64,000 nucleotides of DNA from Chiloscyllium plagiosum (Eukaryota), in the NCBI RefSeq assembly GCF_004010195.1, contig NC_057757.1, positions 2,396,276-2,460,275 of the forward strand, written 5' to 3'. The notes below the pieces were generated by a model. The model searched no databases. It was not told where the DNA came from and saw nothing but the letters and a program-made list of their open reading frames with translations. Below, one piece after another: positions 11,975-25,999 of the stretch. Each line of letters starts with the position of its first letter. Within the stretch, counting starts at the first letter, position 1. Position numbers and translations under genes: made by a program.

Positions 11975-13030
11975 TATACAAAACATAGAATGTTACAGCG
12001 CAGCACAGGCCCTTCAGCCCTCGATGTTGCACCGACCTGTGATAATTATCTGATGCCCATCTAACCTACACCATTCCATTTTTCTCCATATGTACGTCCA
12101 ATGCCCATTTAAATGCCCTTAACGTTGGCGATTCTACTACTGTTGCAGGCAGGCCAATCCACGCCCCTACTATTCTCTGAGTAAAGAAATTATCTCTGAT
12201 AGATATATATATAAAACCCCTCAATTTAAAGCTATGTCCCCTCGTGTTAGCTATCACCATCCAAGGAAAAAGACTCACTGTCCACCCTATCTAACCCTCT
12301 GATTATCGTATACGCCTTGATTGAGTCACTTCTCGGCTTTCTTCTCTCCAACAAAAACAGCCTCAGTTCCCTCAGCCTTTCCTCATAAGACCTTCCCTCC
12401 ATACTAGGCAACATCTCAGTAAATCTCCTCTGAACCTTTTTCAAAGCTTCCACATCCTTCCCATAATGCGGTGACCAGATCTGTACGCAATACTCCAGGT
12501 GCAGCCCCATTCCACCTTCCAACGCTTGACTCCATTGTTTGTTAAAGTTTGTGTAAAGTTAGTTTCAGCTTTATTCAGTGACTCAGCCTGTAAGTCCCAT
12601 TAGTGAAGAAGGCATTTGGTACACTTTCCTTGGTCAATGCATTGAGTACAGGAGTTGGGAGGTTGTGTTGCAGCTGTACAGGACATTGGTTAGGCCACTT
12701 TTGGAACACTGCATGCAATTCTGGTCTCCATGCTATAGGAAGGATATTATGAAACTTGAAAAGGTTCAGAAAAGATTTACAAGAATGTTGCCAGGGTTGG
12801 AGGGTTTGAGTTTTAGGGAGAGGCTGAATAGGCTGGGGCTGTTTTCCCTGGAGCATCAGAGGCTGAGGGGAGACTTTATAGAAGTCTATAAAATCATGAG
12901 GGGCATGGATAGGACGAATAGACAAGATCTTTTCCCTGGGGTGGGGGAGTCCGAAACTAGAGAGCAGAGGTTTAAGGTGAGAGGGGAAAGATTTAAAAGG
13001 GATCTAAGGGGCAACTTTTTCACACAGAAG
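11975..13030. mobile_element. Two CR1 ORF2 3' fragments in opposite orientation (11975-12510 minus; 12605-13030 plus)
   Basis: HLEYCVQIWSPHYGKD and LYRTLVRPLLEHCMQFWSPCYRKD...RLRGDFIEVYKIM. Confidence 0.85.
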
Positions 13031-13889
13031 GTAGTACACAGAGTCCTCAAACGCTATCTCAGCTGCTGTAATACTACCCTCGATTAATAATGCCACCCCC
13101 CCCACTTCCCCAAATCCTGAAATCTGCAACATCCACTCCCGACCCTCTTCCAGCCATGTCTCTGAAATGGCCATAATCAATGCTGCAAGTTCACCCACCT
13201 TATTCCGGATGCTCCTGGCATTGAAAGTACACACATTTCAAACCAACATCCTGATTGCCGGTGCCCTCTCACGACCTTGTAAACCTATCCCTGACCCCAC
13301 TACCCTCAACCTCCTGTACACTGGAACTACAATTCAGGTCCCCATCCTCCTGCTGCTTTTATCTGTCAAGATGCCTCTTAAACGTTGCTATTATATCTGC
13401 TTCAACTACCTCCTCTGGCAGCGCATTTGCTACTCTGTAAAAATAAACTTGTTTCTCCACTTCCTTTGAACTTTCCCCCTCTTACTTTAAATCAGAGAAT
13501 CCTTGCAGTGCAGAACAGGCCATTCGGACCAACACGTCTGCACCGATCACCCTCCAGCATTCCATCCTAGCCTGGATTTGCCATGGTTAATCCATCTAGA
13601 CTGCACATTCCTGGACACTGTGCAGCAATTTAGCATCGGCAGTCCACCCTAACCTGTATATCTTTGGACTGTGGGAGGAAACCAGAACACTTGGAGGAAA
13701 CCCTCAAAGACACTTGGGGAGAACGTGCAAACCCCACATAGAAAGTAGCCAGAGGCTAGAATTGAACTAGGGCCCTTGACGCTGTGAGGAGCAGTGCTCA
13801 ACACTGTCACTGTGTTGCCCAAAACCTACATTCCCTAGTAACTGACATTTTTACCCTAGGGAAAGGAAAAAAAAGACTCCAACTATCTG

Positions 13890-14190
13890 ATTAGATTAGA
13901 TTCCCTACAGTATGGAAACAGGCCCTTCGGCCCAACAAGTCCACACCGACCATCCAAAGAGTAACACACCCAGACCCATACCTACCCTATGTTTACCCCT
14001 GACCTGGCAACTTAGCAAAGCCAATTCACCTAACCTGCACATCTTTGGATTGTGGGAGGAAACCAGGGCACCCGGAGGAAACCCACGCGGACATGGGAAG
14101 AATGTGCAAACTCTACACAGTCGCGCAAGGCAGGAATCAAACCCGCATCCCTGGCGCTGTAAGGCCGCAGTGCTAACCACTCAACCACCT
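13890..14190 (-). mobile_element. HE1-like SINE; a second, older copy lies at about 13495-13820
   Basis: Same head and tail motifs; (GATTA)n tail at 13889-13903. Confidence 0.75.
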
Positions 14191-14646
14191 CATAACTTTG
14201 TAAACCTCTATCAGGTTGCCCCTCGGTGTCCGACATTCAAGTGAAAACAAACTAAGTTTGGCCAATCACTCCTCATAGCTCTCCATCAGACGGGGCAACA
14301 TCCTGGTAAAACTGTACTCTCTCCAAAGCCTCTACATTTTGTTCCTAGTATAGCAACATCCTTACCAGCCCATGCCCAGGATCACCCAAACTGGAGAAAC
14401 AGCATCCAGGTGGGTGCAAACCAGATGGATACCAAGCCCAAATAGTGGAAGAAGCGAGTGGAAACTGGAGCCTATCACCCATTGGATTCTTCAAACATAG
14501 CATGGCCCCGTCTGGTCTGTGGCAGGGTTTGTTGGTTATGATCCCAGCTGATGTTAGTACTGGGCAAGTCAGATCCCAGACTGTGCATGGCTGGAAAGAT
14601 CATGTTTCAGTTTTAATAAGCTCATCGTATCATAATCACACAATCA

Positions 14647-14956
14647 GGGCGACATGGTGGCTCAGTGGTTAGCACTGCTACCTCACAGCTCCAGGGACCC
14701 AGGTTCGATTCGCGCCTCAGGCGACTGGTCTGTGCGGAGTTTGCACGTTCTCCTCGTGTCTGCGTGGGTTTCCTCCGGGTGCTCCGGTTTCCTCCCACAG
14801 TGCAGGTCAGGTGAATTGGCCATGCTAAATTGCACGGTGTTAGGTGCATTAGTCAGAGAGAAGTGGATCTGGGTGAGTTACTCTTCGGAGGGTCGGTGTG
14901 GACTGGTTGGGCCGAAGGGCCTATTTCCACACTGTATGGAACCTAATCTAATCTAA
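14647..14956 (+). mobile_element. HE1-like SINE
   Basis: GGGCGACATGGTGGCTCAGTGGTTAGC...CTAATCTAATCTAA. Confidence 0.78.
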
Positions 14957-15494
14957 TGTTTCTGATTTTGCTTTAAAACTCAAACAGAAGTTTACTCACC
15001 AAAAGAAATGAAGACAAAATAGAATAAACCAGACTATTTACTTACAACGCAAATTCAAAAATGTTATAATTCCATTGATCCCAAAGCATTCCTTTACAAG
15101 TTCAAAACAAAATCCCTCATACAGAATCAAACAGCGATCCTTGCTCAGTACTGATACTTAGGAGTCAGAGAGATGTACAGCACGAAGAGAGACCTTCTAG
15201 CCCAACTCATACATGCTAACCAGATATCCTAACCTAATCTGGTCCCATTTGCCAGCACTTGGCCCATATTCTTCTAAACCCTTCCTATTCATATACGCAT
15301 CCAGATGTCTTTTAAATGATGTAATTGTACCGGCCACCACCACTTTCTTAGGGAGCTCATTCCATACACATACCACCCTCTGCGTGAAAAAGGTACCCTC
15401 CCCTTAGGTCCCTTTTATATCTTTCCCCTCCTCTTAAACCTATGCCCTCCAGTTTTGTAGGAACCCTGAGAGAAATCTTGGCCTAGGAACACGG

Positions 15495-16095
15495 CAGTGC
15501 GGTGAAGCGAAAAGAATTTTCTGCCTGCAAAACTGACTTTCAGCTTGCTGTTTCAAGCAACTTCAATACACCCCTGCATTCCCTGGCCAACATTTCTGTC
15601 TCAGGCTTGCTGCAGTGCTCCAACAAAGCTCAGCGCAAGCTGGAAGAACAACATCTCATCTTCCACTTGGACCCTGCAGCCTTCAGCACTCAATATTAAA
15701 TTCAATTATTTTAGGGCCTGAGCATCTTCTCCCATGTCTTTACACCAACCCCGACACACCAGGCCTTGTCATCACACAGGGCTGCTACCACAAAACAACC
15801 CATTATCGGGCACTATGGTCCCCATTGGTGACTACCGATTCTCCCAGGCTGACCATTACCCATTCCTTTGCCCAACTGTTGTTCTCTCTATCTCTGGCCT
15901 CCATCTCCATCCACCATTTATTCCTCTTCCTCCTCCTCCATCACCATCCCCATCCTCCACCCACAACCCACCTTCAGCATGTATACTAACTGTTTCCTAG
16001 CTACAAATCAGTTCTGAAGAAGGGTTACTGGGCCTGAAACTTTAAATCTGCTTTTTCTCCACAAATTCCAGCATCCGCAGTTCTTTGGTTTCTTT
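15495..16095 (+). mobile_element. Penelope-like element 3' fragment (GIY-YIG C-terminus and pLTR)
   Basis: AQRKLEEQHLIFHL motif, also seen at about 3575-3620 and 8485-8560 (KLEEQHLILHLGTLQPSGLNIE). It is followed by a CTGAAGA...GAAAC hammerhead-like tail at 16014-16040. Confidence 0.65.
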
Positions 16096-17260
16096 GGAAA
16101 AAAGTCATCTTTGGTCCTGAGGGACTGTCTAAGAAGAAGATCCTCAACCAACATCGCTGGTGATCACCTTGTTGCTGTTTGAGAGTACTTGCAATGATTT
16201 AATTCATTGTCACGTTCCTCCATTGGCTACATTTTAGAAGAGGCTTTCACCACTGACTTGGAACTGACTTCTGAAGAAGGGTCAATGCACCCCCTCTGCT
16301 TTCGCTCCACAGATCCTACTAGTCCTGAGTTTTTCCAGCAATTTCTGCCTTTGTTGAAGATTTGCAGCATCCACAGATTGTTTTTTGACGTGGAACTCTA
16401 TTGCACATTCCTTCGTTGTCACGGGTCAAAGTCCTGGAACACACTCCCCAGTAACTCTGTAGGGTTTTCCTACATAGACTGCAGGTCAAGGTGGCACCTC
16501 AGCACCACATGAAGGCAATTAAAGTTGGGTAATTAATGCCAGAGTGCCAGCAAGATGTACATGCCGTGAACTAGTTTTGAAAGAAGCCTCCCATTCATGT
16601 CTCTTGCCCCAAAGGGTCACAGCAGTGCATGGGCCAAGCATGCTTGAGAGAGTTGCAGCATCAGCGGTTACGCTATCAGACGTTCTGTCCCTTTGTTAAA
16701 TCAGTCAGTGCCTCCTTGGTGGAACCGTTAACTCAGAGTCTTGAAAATTGTGGGTTTAAAGCCCACACTAGAGACTGAACGACAAAATAAAACACGATGA
16801 TGCTCACGACAAAAATTAAGAGAGTGCTGCAACTTTGGAGACACCTTAGTTTGCACAAGATTTCCAGCCAAAGGTCCATCTGTCCTCTTGGGGGAGACAA
16901 AAGGTTTGAAACAATCCAATCTATAATTTAACCTTCATCTAAAACCTGTTCAATTGCCAATAGCAGGATCTTTTTGGGCACAAATACGGCCCACGTTTTC
17001 TACACTGTTACAGGACCAACCATTCATTGGTGCTTTGGAATATGTTTACAAGCACACCATATGTCTGAGCCTTTCCTATGCATCAAAATAAGGACTGACA
17101 TGGTTCAAGATTGCCTACTGCCATCTCCATAGAGCACCGAGAGATGGCTAATCAATGTCAGACTTGGCAGTGTCACGAGAAAGCAAAAAAAACCAAACAA
17201 ACCAAGTGTCAGCATTGACAAGGACGTTCAAATAGTAATTGATATCGCAATCATTAAACA

Positions 17261-20200
17261 TTTATTTGTTAAAGCAGCATTGTGAAAGGATTTCATCACT
17301 CTTTAAATTCTTTGAGCCTTTGGTGTGAATCAACTACCAAGACATCACACCCTAACCCTATTTGCTCATCCCTTGGATTCCTTACAACCTGCAACCTTTA
17401 AAACTCAAAAACAGGCATTAGACGAAATCAGTCATTATGTAGCACCCGTGTCCACACTCAGTCCTCAGGTTCTGAAGCAGGTCAGATATTGCAAATACAG
17501 ATACCATCACCCAGCAAATGACAACAAACAATCTTTGTATTCAGAACAGACACTTAACAGTTTTTTAAATTAAAATATTCCATAAAAGTTTATTGTATAA
17601 AAATCCATATTAAAATAAGGTATTTAAGTTTGTAAAAATCAATGCAGACAGACAGACATAAATATAAATAATTAACTAAATAGAATCAATACACAGCAAA
17701 AGACAATAATGAAAAAACTGAGATGGGGTATGTCACATAAGGCTGTACATATGTTTGCATACAGTATTAAGTAGTGCAGGACTTGCGATTTGGTACCCTG
17801 GAGGTAACTGCAGGGGGCACCACGTTGGGAAGGTCACAGGCTTCTTTAGATTGCTAGCACATTTGGGATGTCCAGTGAAACCCTTTCCAAACTAATTGGG
17901 TTGAAGTATTTGGAGACAGAAGTCCTCAGGACAGGGGTGATACCTGGGTCATTGATCACATGCCTGTGTTTGCTTGAGGGGGTTGGTGGGGTTAACCAGG
18001 AAGTGCCATGTACCAAACATGACTGTTTATTGACCTTCGAAAGGAAACGGAGGGAGGGAAAGAGATGGGTTGACAATTACAGATGTGCCTGCAGCTATTT
18101 GCTCACACTCTTCTCGAGAGGAAGATTGCTCGAGCTGGATGGCTTCTTTAACAAGGCTTCCCCACCTCCCCACCAAAAACAGAGGCATTCTACTCTTTGC
18201 AGGGGTGCTCAGGTTCCATCCATGTTGGTGGACTATCTCCAACACACGGCATCCCTTAAACAGCAGCTGGTTATAGGCTTTATCATTCCAACTCATACAG
18301 CCTTAAGCTGCCAATCGTTCTTGTCCTTGCCACGTGGGCACTCTGATCTATCAGCGTGTGGGGAGATTGAAGAGCGGAATCTCAACGTGGGCTCATGACA
18401 CCTTAAAACGGAGCCTGAACCAAAGTGTTAAGAAATGACAGGGGTCAAACACTTCCTTGAAAACTTAAGAAAATATTATATAACTTAGCATTCAATCTGA
18501 ACGATACTTCTTGTGCTTCCCACTGGTACACTCAACCCCAACTCAAATCGTGTCGTAACTTCTGAAGGTGGGGGAAAGGCAGGTTAGGCACATGGAAGTT
18601 ATAAGCTAACAGTGGAGCCAATACAGACTTTACAATGCAGAGGAGGACAGCTGCAGATGTTAAAATACTGCAGTCATTAATAGATGCTTGGTGCAATCTT
18701 TTCCCTGGACATATTCAGATGTTTCAGTCCAGATTTAGGTGCAATAGAATTACTACTTGCACCCAAATATCCAGACTCCTTTGGGGGAGATTTAGAGAAA
18801 CTTCCCCACAGACATTTGCAGACTTGATGGGAGTAGAACCCAAAACAAGACAAAGCGCTCCTGACAGCTGCACTTAATACGCCTTGTAGTTAATACCACC
18901 AGCCAACCCACACCCCCAGCCATCATACTGGATCAGGGTTAAGTAAGTGGGAATATCGAACAAGGCCCCTTGACCTTTCTGCGAGTGCCACAATTACTCC
19001 TAAATGTTCTTAGGCCATTTAAATTTAATAGATAAAATGTTTTGGAGATAGCGGAGCATGGGGAAATGTTGAGAAATTTCCAGCAGATCCTGGAACTCCA
19101 ATGAGCCTAATTTTAACACTAGGCTCTAATTTTAACACTAATATAAAAGTTAACAGAATGTAAAACATGCCCTTAAACCAGGTGGGAAACAGCCCTGTAC
19201 AATACTCCGCTATAAGCTGTTGGCAACTGGTTAACATATAAAAAAAAACACCAAATACATACACAGACATGATCAGCCTCAAGGCATTAACTTGCATTTC
19301 ACACACAAACAGAAGTGAGGTTACCTTCACTGAAGTAACTGCTACAGTATTTCTGCACCAGAACTTGTAAAAGACCAGAAACGTGCACTAGATACCGAAC
19401 TGCAATATCTTAAAAAGAACACAGCCCAAGAATAAATTTTAGCTGTAAAAACCAATAAATGAGTGAAAATTGCACACCTTGATGTAGTTATCAAAAGTTG
19501 CTCATACAGATATGAAGCCACAGAAAAATATTCTAAAAAAGATCACAGCTTTTTGTGATAATGCTTTTTTTTAAAAACGTAGATTAAAATGCAGAGTTCT
19601 GACCAAACTAAATTACTTTTAGAATGAGAAATCATTATCACAAGAATTAACAGGTCAGATGTGTCAGCAAGGGTCAACACAAACGGGGAAAGCGATCTGG
19701 AATGTTTTGCAATATCAGTATGGAGGTGATATCTCTCCAGGAAACACCTGTGGATGTCACAGCACCGCGTTTGATCAAATGCAAGCTGGATAGCGCAGCA
19801 AAGGTTGCTCTGTAAAATGGGAGACAGCGAGACAGAAAAATAGGGAGGTTTAAAGGGCCAGAAAGGGAGATGATGAGGGACTGAAGAGAGAGAGAAAGTG
19901 ATAGACAGAGAAAGGGAGGAAGGATGAAATCAACGAACATGGAAGAGGTGCAGGAAGACCTTTTCTCATAGATAGCTAACAAGGTGATTATTACTTAACA
20001 CAGATGCAAAGCCAGATTCTTATCTCAAAATAAAACAAGAAAACAAGATTAATAAAACAACCCAAAATAGGAGAACAGCAAGCTTGAAAGCGGGAAAACA
20101 GGGAAAAAGGTCTTTAAAAAGATTTGGAGGTTAATCTAAACATAATTCATAGCATTCACAGCCCAATCACATAATACACTGCAACATAGAATAATTGCCA

Positions 20201-20750
20201 GAGACTAATTGTAACAATGAATTCCTGGAGTAAGTTATGAACTGAAAAACCCAACCCTTTCTATCTCAATGGACTACAATTCCATTCTGATGTCCTGGAG
20301 ACACATACCTCTACTTACATTTGGGACATGAGGTATAATACTGGTTACTTGCAGCATATCGATCCCTGTAGACATCCATATCAACGTGCTTCAGACTGTA
20401 GCATGCCCCACCTTCAGAATCTCCCTTTAACAATTCAGCAGCCACTTGCTGTTAGGTTTTGCTGTTGCTATTATATGGTACCTTTACCAGATGACACAGA
20501 AAGACATCATGAACTTGGTACATTGATCACTCAGTGCATGCCAGCATTGAAAATCACATGCCAATCCCTCAAGATTACTGCAAAATTAGGCACAAGGAGA
20601 AACTTGATCATAAGGTCCAATTGTCTTGCCAATCAAGTTCCCCCACAATCTCCAGCTTGGATAAATGGGCTACAATGACCAGATCAGAGCATTGGGATTC
20701 ATTGATCACTGGAATTATTCCCTGGTGTCAGAAATTAACTTTGCCTCAAC
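17261..20750 (-). other. CNTROB: Probable long 3'UTR of CNTROB; the end is uncertain
   Basis: Repeat-poor stretch after the stop codon, with minus-strand AATAAA at 18026-18031, 17589-17594 and 17261-17266. Confidence 0.4.
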
Positions 20751-20897
20751 TCATCTCCAGACTGTTGTTTTCACTCCTTTGCTGCCTGATTGGCTGTTCT
20801 GCATAGGTTTCTTCCCTGGTTTGCTTGAATTGGAGCTCTTTTCCGTCGCTGTCTTGTTTGCCAAGAACCGTCTTTGGCTGTTCTGCACAGATGAGCC
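20751..20897 (-). CDS. CNTROB: Centrobin last coding exon (19)
   Basis: GSSVQNSQRRFLANK...KGVKTTVWR then TGA at 20751-20753; the terminal VWR is typical of centrobin. Confidence 0.88.
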   Translation of the reverse strand, partial: GSSVQNSQRRFLANKTATEKSSNSSKPGKKPMQNSQSGSKGVKTTVWR

Positions 20898-22423
20898 CTG
20901 GAAAGAAAACACATGTCTTGAGATTATCAAAGAGATACTAATCCGCGAGAAGGCAGAAACAGTGGCAGAAACTCTGGACTAGTAATCCAGAGATATACTG
21001 ACCATTAAACTATTACTAAATGCCATAAAAACCCAACTGCCTCGCTATTGACCTTTAAGGAAGGATATTCCCCCATTCTTACCTGGTCTGGCCTACATGT
21101 GACTCTAGAACCACAGCTGTAGTATGTGGTTGACTTTTAACTGTCCTCAGGGTAATTAGGGATGGACAATAAATGCTGTCAATGCCCATCCCCCATGACT
21201 GAATAAACAAACTAACCTCTGCATAAAATGCTGTGCACCTCAAAAATAAAACAAAGACATAATAAAGTGGCAATGAATGATGTTTTCTCTCCTCTGCGAC
21301 CTGGGATGTGAATCTAGCCCAAGATTTATAGCATAAAAGTCTCCTCCACTGCAAGCTGGAATGGGTTGGGGTCTCAAACTAATTTCTAGTGCAAGCAAGT
21401 CCACAATACTAAGCAATAAGATGCTTTTAAAACAGAGTGCTGGTATGTTACATCCTACCTACAGCAGTGTTGCTGAAGCTTTTCATGTTGCGCTCATTAG
21501 AATAAATGCAATCCAAACAATCAAAGTGTACAACAGGAGCAAAAGGTGCTGATTGATTGGCAAATTGACTCTGGTTGGCCAAGGTATTGCTATTGAATAT
21601 AGAAGCCTCTGGATAATTCATAAAAAGATGCAACTCTTAAATGTCGTCCTTTTGTTGCAGACAGCAGGATCCTTTACATGAATTATGCCTCTTCTAGCCA
21701 GTGCAAATGAATCAAGCTTGAGTGATTATCTTAGCGTGGTTGTTACTGGCACATTCAAGATTGTTCATCAAGAGACGCCCTAATGTGGAGTAGCATCTAA
21801 CAGTTGATGTTTCGTTTTTGATTTTGCAAGGGCAAGCTGGGTAGAATACGGTCTGTACTCTGCCTCCTCCAAACAACCAAGGAATATGCACTTTGATTAT
21901 TGGCCAGTCAGTGGGATGGTTCTGGACATTGCACTCACAATGAATTCCACACATGACAATACTCTGGATGGTAGGCAGAATGTCTTTTTGGAGTGGCATC
22001 CTGGGAATGGAAAATATTATGCCCATCATATTAGCATCATGACACAACTTGCTCAAAGTCTTGCTCAAATTTGGGAAATACTTTGCCACTCTTGGCTAAC
22101 CAGAGTTGGTGACTGAAGCAGATATCATGCAAGATGCAAGAATAGATGAAAAAGTTTCCAAACAGTTGAAGGATCAGTTGTTTATTTTAAATTTTTGATA
22201 GGCAAAGTCTTGTTATGCAAAGATATTGAGGAATTTGGGCCAAAGGCAAGGTATGTGGACTTAGGTCACAAGACAATCATGATCCCATTAAATGGGGGAA
22301 TAGACTCAACAGGCTGAATGGCCTACACGTCTCGATATTCCTGATTGATGGAGTGAAGGGATTTGGGAGCAGGAAGGGCACAGAGTTTACATTACAGCTC
22401 ATTTGGACTGCAGAATCAATGAT

Positions 22424-22638
22424 GAGAGTGCGGTGCTGGAAAAGCATAGCAGGTCAGGCAGCATCCAAGAAGCAGGAGAGTCTATGTTTTGGGCATAAGC
22501 CCTTCATTCATTCCTAATGAAGAGCTTATGCTCAAAACGTCAAATCTCCTGCTCCTCGGATGCTGCCTGATCTGCTGTGCTTTTCCAGCAACACACTCAC
22601 AACTCTGATCTCCAGCATCTGCAGTCCCCCCTTTCTCC
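22424..22638. mobile_element. Palindromic Penelope-derived insertion with decayed hammerhead cores
   Basis: Inverted arms around 22510; imperfect 16-bp TSD CTGCAGAA(T/C)C(A/G)ATGAT at 22408-22423 and 22639-22654. Confidence 0.7.
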
Positions 22639-23543
22639 CTGCAGAACCGATGATCTCAGGATATAGCACCCAATCAGTTGGTTTTACCCCAAATCAGTAA
22701 CAGGCAAATGAACTTAAATAGAGGCAGTCCCCAGGTTGAGAATGGGTTCCATTTGTTCGGGGGAAGACAAAGGACAACACAAACTAGCCACCTGTAAGTA
22801 AAGAAAATGCTTGTGTGTCAGAGGCCTTTTAAATTATATCCCTGTACGGGATCACATTCATAACTCAGGGATCCTCTAACTTCAACCCATTTTGGGCATG
22901 CAGACTAAACTAGCTGAGCAGGGGCATTGTTAATCCAATCACAATCTTATTCTGGGTTACACATGATGTATACTTCACAGGAAGAGGCAATGGTCTGGCG
23001 GTATTATCACTAGGCTATTAATCCAGAGACCCTGGCAATATTCTGGGGACCTGAGTTCATAATCCCACTGTCACAGATGGAATCGAATTCAATATGAACC
23101 TGGAAGAGTTTAAAGATGACCACAAAAACATTGTTGATGAGAATGAACCTATCTGCTTCATGAATGTCCTTTAGGGAAGAAAACTTCCATCCTTACCCTG
23201 TCCAGTCTACATGTGACTCCAAACTTGCAGCTGATGTGCTTGACTCTGAACTACCTTCTGGGCGATCAGAGAGAGTACTAAAATGCTGGTCTCACCAGCA
23301 CATCTACATCCTACACCACAGAAACAGGCCTTTCAACCCCACTCCTCCAGGCTGGTGTTTCCACACCACATGAGTCTCTTCCCACCACTTCTTCATATCA
23401 CCCCAGTAATATAATCTTTTGTGCCTTTCTCCCTCGTGTACTTACTCAGCTTGTCCTAAAATGTATCTTTGCTACTTGCCATCAAGCTACTGAGCAACAG
23501 TGAAGGCTGGCTGTCCTAAGTCTTGCTCAGTCCTCTGGCTAGT

Positions 23544-23858
23544 TGGGCGGCACAGTAGCACAGTGGTTAGCACTGCTGCCTCACAGCGCCAGAGACCCGG
23601 GTTCAATTCCCACCTCAGGCGACTGACTGTGTGGAGTTTGCACGTTCTCCCCGTGTCTGCGTGGGTTTCCTCCGGGTGCTCCGGTTTCCTCCCACAGTCC
23701 AAAGATGTGCAGGTCAGGTGAATTGACCATGCTAAATTGCCCATAGTGTTAGGTAAGGGGTAAATGTAGGGGTATGGATGGGTTGCGCTTCAGCGTGGCA
23801 GTGTGGACTTGTTGGGCCGAGGGGCCTGTTTCCACACTAAGTAATCTAATCTAATCTA
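23544..23858 (+). mobile_element. HE1-like SINE, young copy, ending 25 bp from the CNTROB exon 18 donor
   Basis: Near-consensus head (A and B boxes) and (AATCT)n tail. Confidence 0.82.
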
Positions 23859-23883
23859 GTGAACCTCTGCCTCAGGCACTCAC

Positions 23884-23962
23884 CTCTGTTTTGACCACGA
23901 GGTTTAACTTCTGATCCAAGTTTCTTCGAGCAGATGCAGCCACCGCCTCTGAACCATCTGGG
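23884..23962 (-). CDS. CNTROB: Centrobin coding exon 18
   Basis: PDGSEAVAASARRNLDQKLNLVVKTE; 79 nt; cacag| and |GTGAGT. Confidence 0.85.
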
Positions 23963-24573
23963 CTGTGAGGCGAAAGCAGGAGACGTTTAGATGGCACAAT
24001 GGTCATGCTCAATCAGTGCAGTATATGTGGCATATATGTGGGGACATTATGTGGAACAGTACAGCACAGGAACGGACCCTTCAGACAACGAAGAACATGA
24101 TGCCAAATTAAATTAATCCCTTCTGTCTGCTCTTAGTGCATACTCCTCCACTCCTTGCTTATTCATGTTTATCCAAAACCTCAAGTGCACCAATTGTATA
24201 TGCCTCCGCTACCACCCCAGTAGCATGGTCCAAACTCCAACTACTCTGCATAAGAAAATTTGCCCGTCACATCTCCATTGAACTTTCCCCCTCATGTGAA
24301 ATACATGCCTCCAGTATTACGATTAAAACATGTCAGAAGAGTGGCTTGCCTCTCAACATTTGCATCAATCATTAATGATCTCTTTTAAAGAGGAAAAAAT
24401 CTTTAAGGGCACTACATAGTATCCATAGTCTCACCACGGGTCCATGCAAAAATACCAATATTATTTGACTAAAGAGCAAAAACAGACAGAGAGAGACAGG
24501 GGCAGAGACAGAAAGACAGACTCAGCCACATACATACACACAAAGAAGCAGACAGAGTCAGATTTATACAAAC

Positions 24574-24712
24574 CTGTCGTGCTGGATGCCCCTCAGGTAG
24601 GTGAAGAGCTCCTCCATAGCAGGAGCTGGTTGGTTGGAGGCGATGTGGTGCATGCTTAGCAGTCGTGATAGCTCTCCAATCTGCTTGGGAGACAGCACTC
24701 CACCTGAAGATC
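24574..24712 (-). CDS. CNTROB: Centrobin coding exon 17
   Basis: SSGGVLSPKQIGELSRLLSMHH...PAMEELFTYLRGIQHD, a conserved C-terminal block; 139 nt. Confidence 0.87.
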
Positions 24713-25114
24713 CTACACAAACAGACAAATCTGGAAATGAAAACAAGCCTCTGAAATAGTCACCAATAAACCACGTCCGATTGTATTAAAAACCCTATCC
24801 AGTTCACTCATGCTCTGTCAGGAAGGAAATCTGCCAGAATACCCAGTCTGGGCTACATGTGACTCCAGACCCACAGCAACATATGCTAACTGCCCTCACA
24901 ACAAGCACAGCTACTCACAACACACCACAGAGAGTTCAGAGTGCTGCCTAACAAACAAAGAAAATCTTAGTGCTAGAATCAATAAGCCCCAACCCTCTCA
25001 TAGCCTGGCCTTTTGCCCTTTTGGATGAACTTCAGCTCATCCAAAATTTTGCATACATTCAGACTTGTACCAAGTCTTGATCAGAGATCACACACTGTCG
25101 TCACTGTTTCTCCC

Positions 25115-25635
25115 ATGAATGGGAAAGATTTAGAGGAATACGGGCCAAATGTTGGCAAATGGGAGGAGATTAATTTAGGATATCTGATCAGCATGGACAG
25201 ATTGGACCAAGGGTCTGTTTCCATGCTGGACATCTCTATGACTCTATTGACTAAGAGGTAACCTTATACAGGTTTATAAAAACATAAGGGACATAGATAA
25301 GGTGAATAGTCAAGGTCTTTTTCCCAGGTAGGAGGGTCCCAAATTAGACAGTGCAGATTTAAGGCGAAAGGGGAAAGATTTAATAATATCCTGAGGGGTA
25401 ACTTGTAAAGCACAGGGTGGTGTGTGCATGGAATGAGCTGCCAGAGGAAGTGGAGGAGGTTGGTACAAAAACAACATTTAAAAGGCATCTGGATGGGTGC
25501 ATGAAGAGAAAGGATTTAACAGAATATGGGCCAAATGCTGGCAGATAGGACCAGATTAATTTAGGATATCCAGTTGGTGTGGACGAGTTAGACCGAAGAG
25601 TCTGTTTCTGTGCTGTATGACTCTTTGACTCTAAA
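25115..25635 (+). mobile_element. CR1 3' end fragments
   Basis: CR1 3'UTR motifs (GGTCTGTTTCCATGCTG...CTCTATGACTCTA). Confidence 0.7.
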
Positions 25636-25813
25636 GATCAGTAGCCATTCCTTTAGTTTGTGTGGGATCTTAATGTGCACAATTTGGCTGTTCTCTTTCC
25701 TACATACACACTGACTACATGTCAAACAAGTGCTCAGATGGACACAAAGCCCTTCGGGGTGACACAAGATCTCATTTAAATGGTTCAGTCTTCTTTCATG
25801 TCAGATGTCGCAC

Positions 25814-25999
25814 CTGATTTCTGAGGACTTCGGGATCCGAGCGCCCGCTGCAAAGGGACAGCCTCTGAGGGGTCAACTTTAACTTTCTGCACGGCCTTGC
25901 TGGAAGGCTTGCTGTTCTGCCCTGCTGGGAACTGCCTCGTCGACTGGGGCTTGGCACTCTCCCAGAGAGTGGGGCAATCGTGCAAGACCTGAGATCCTC
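25814..25999 (-). CDS. CNTROB: Centrobin coding exon 16
   Basis: GSQVLHDCPTLWESAKPQ...KAVQKVKVDP...SPQKS; tttcag| and G|GTGCGA; 186 nt, phase 1 to 1. Confidence 0.75.

Noticed and set aside
17868..18398. 176-aa plus-strand ORF
   Set aside because: It has no recognisable domain or splice structure and lies in the probable CNTROB 3'UTR.
21720..22120. Possible RTE-LINE remnant (also about 56830-57230)
   Set aside because: It is too decayed to assign by eye.
23544..23625. tRNA gene-like sequences
   Set aside because: They are heads of SINEs followed by SINE body and tail, not standalone tRNA genes.
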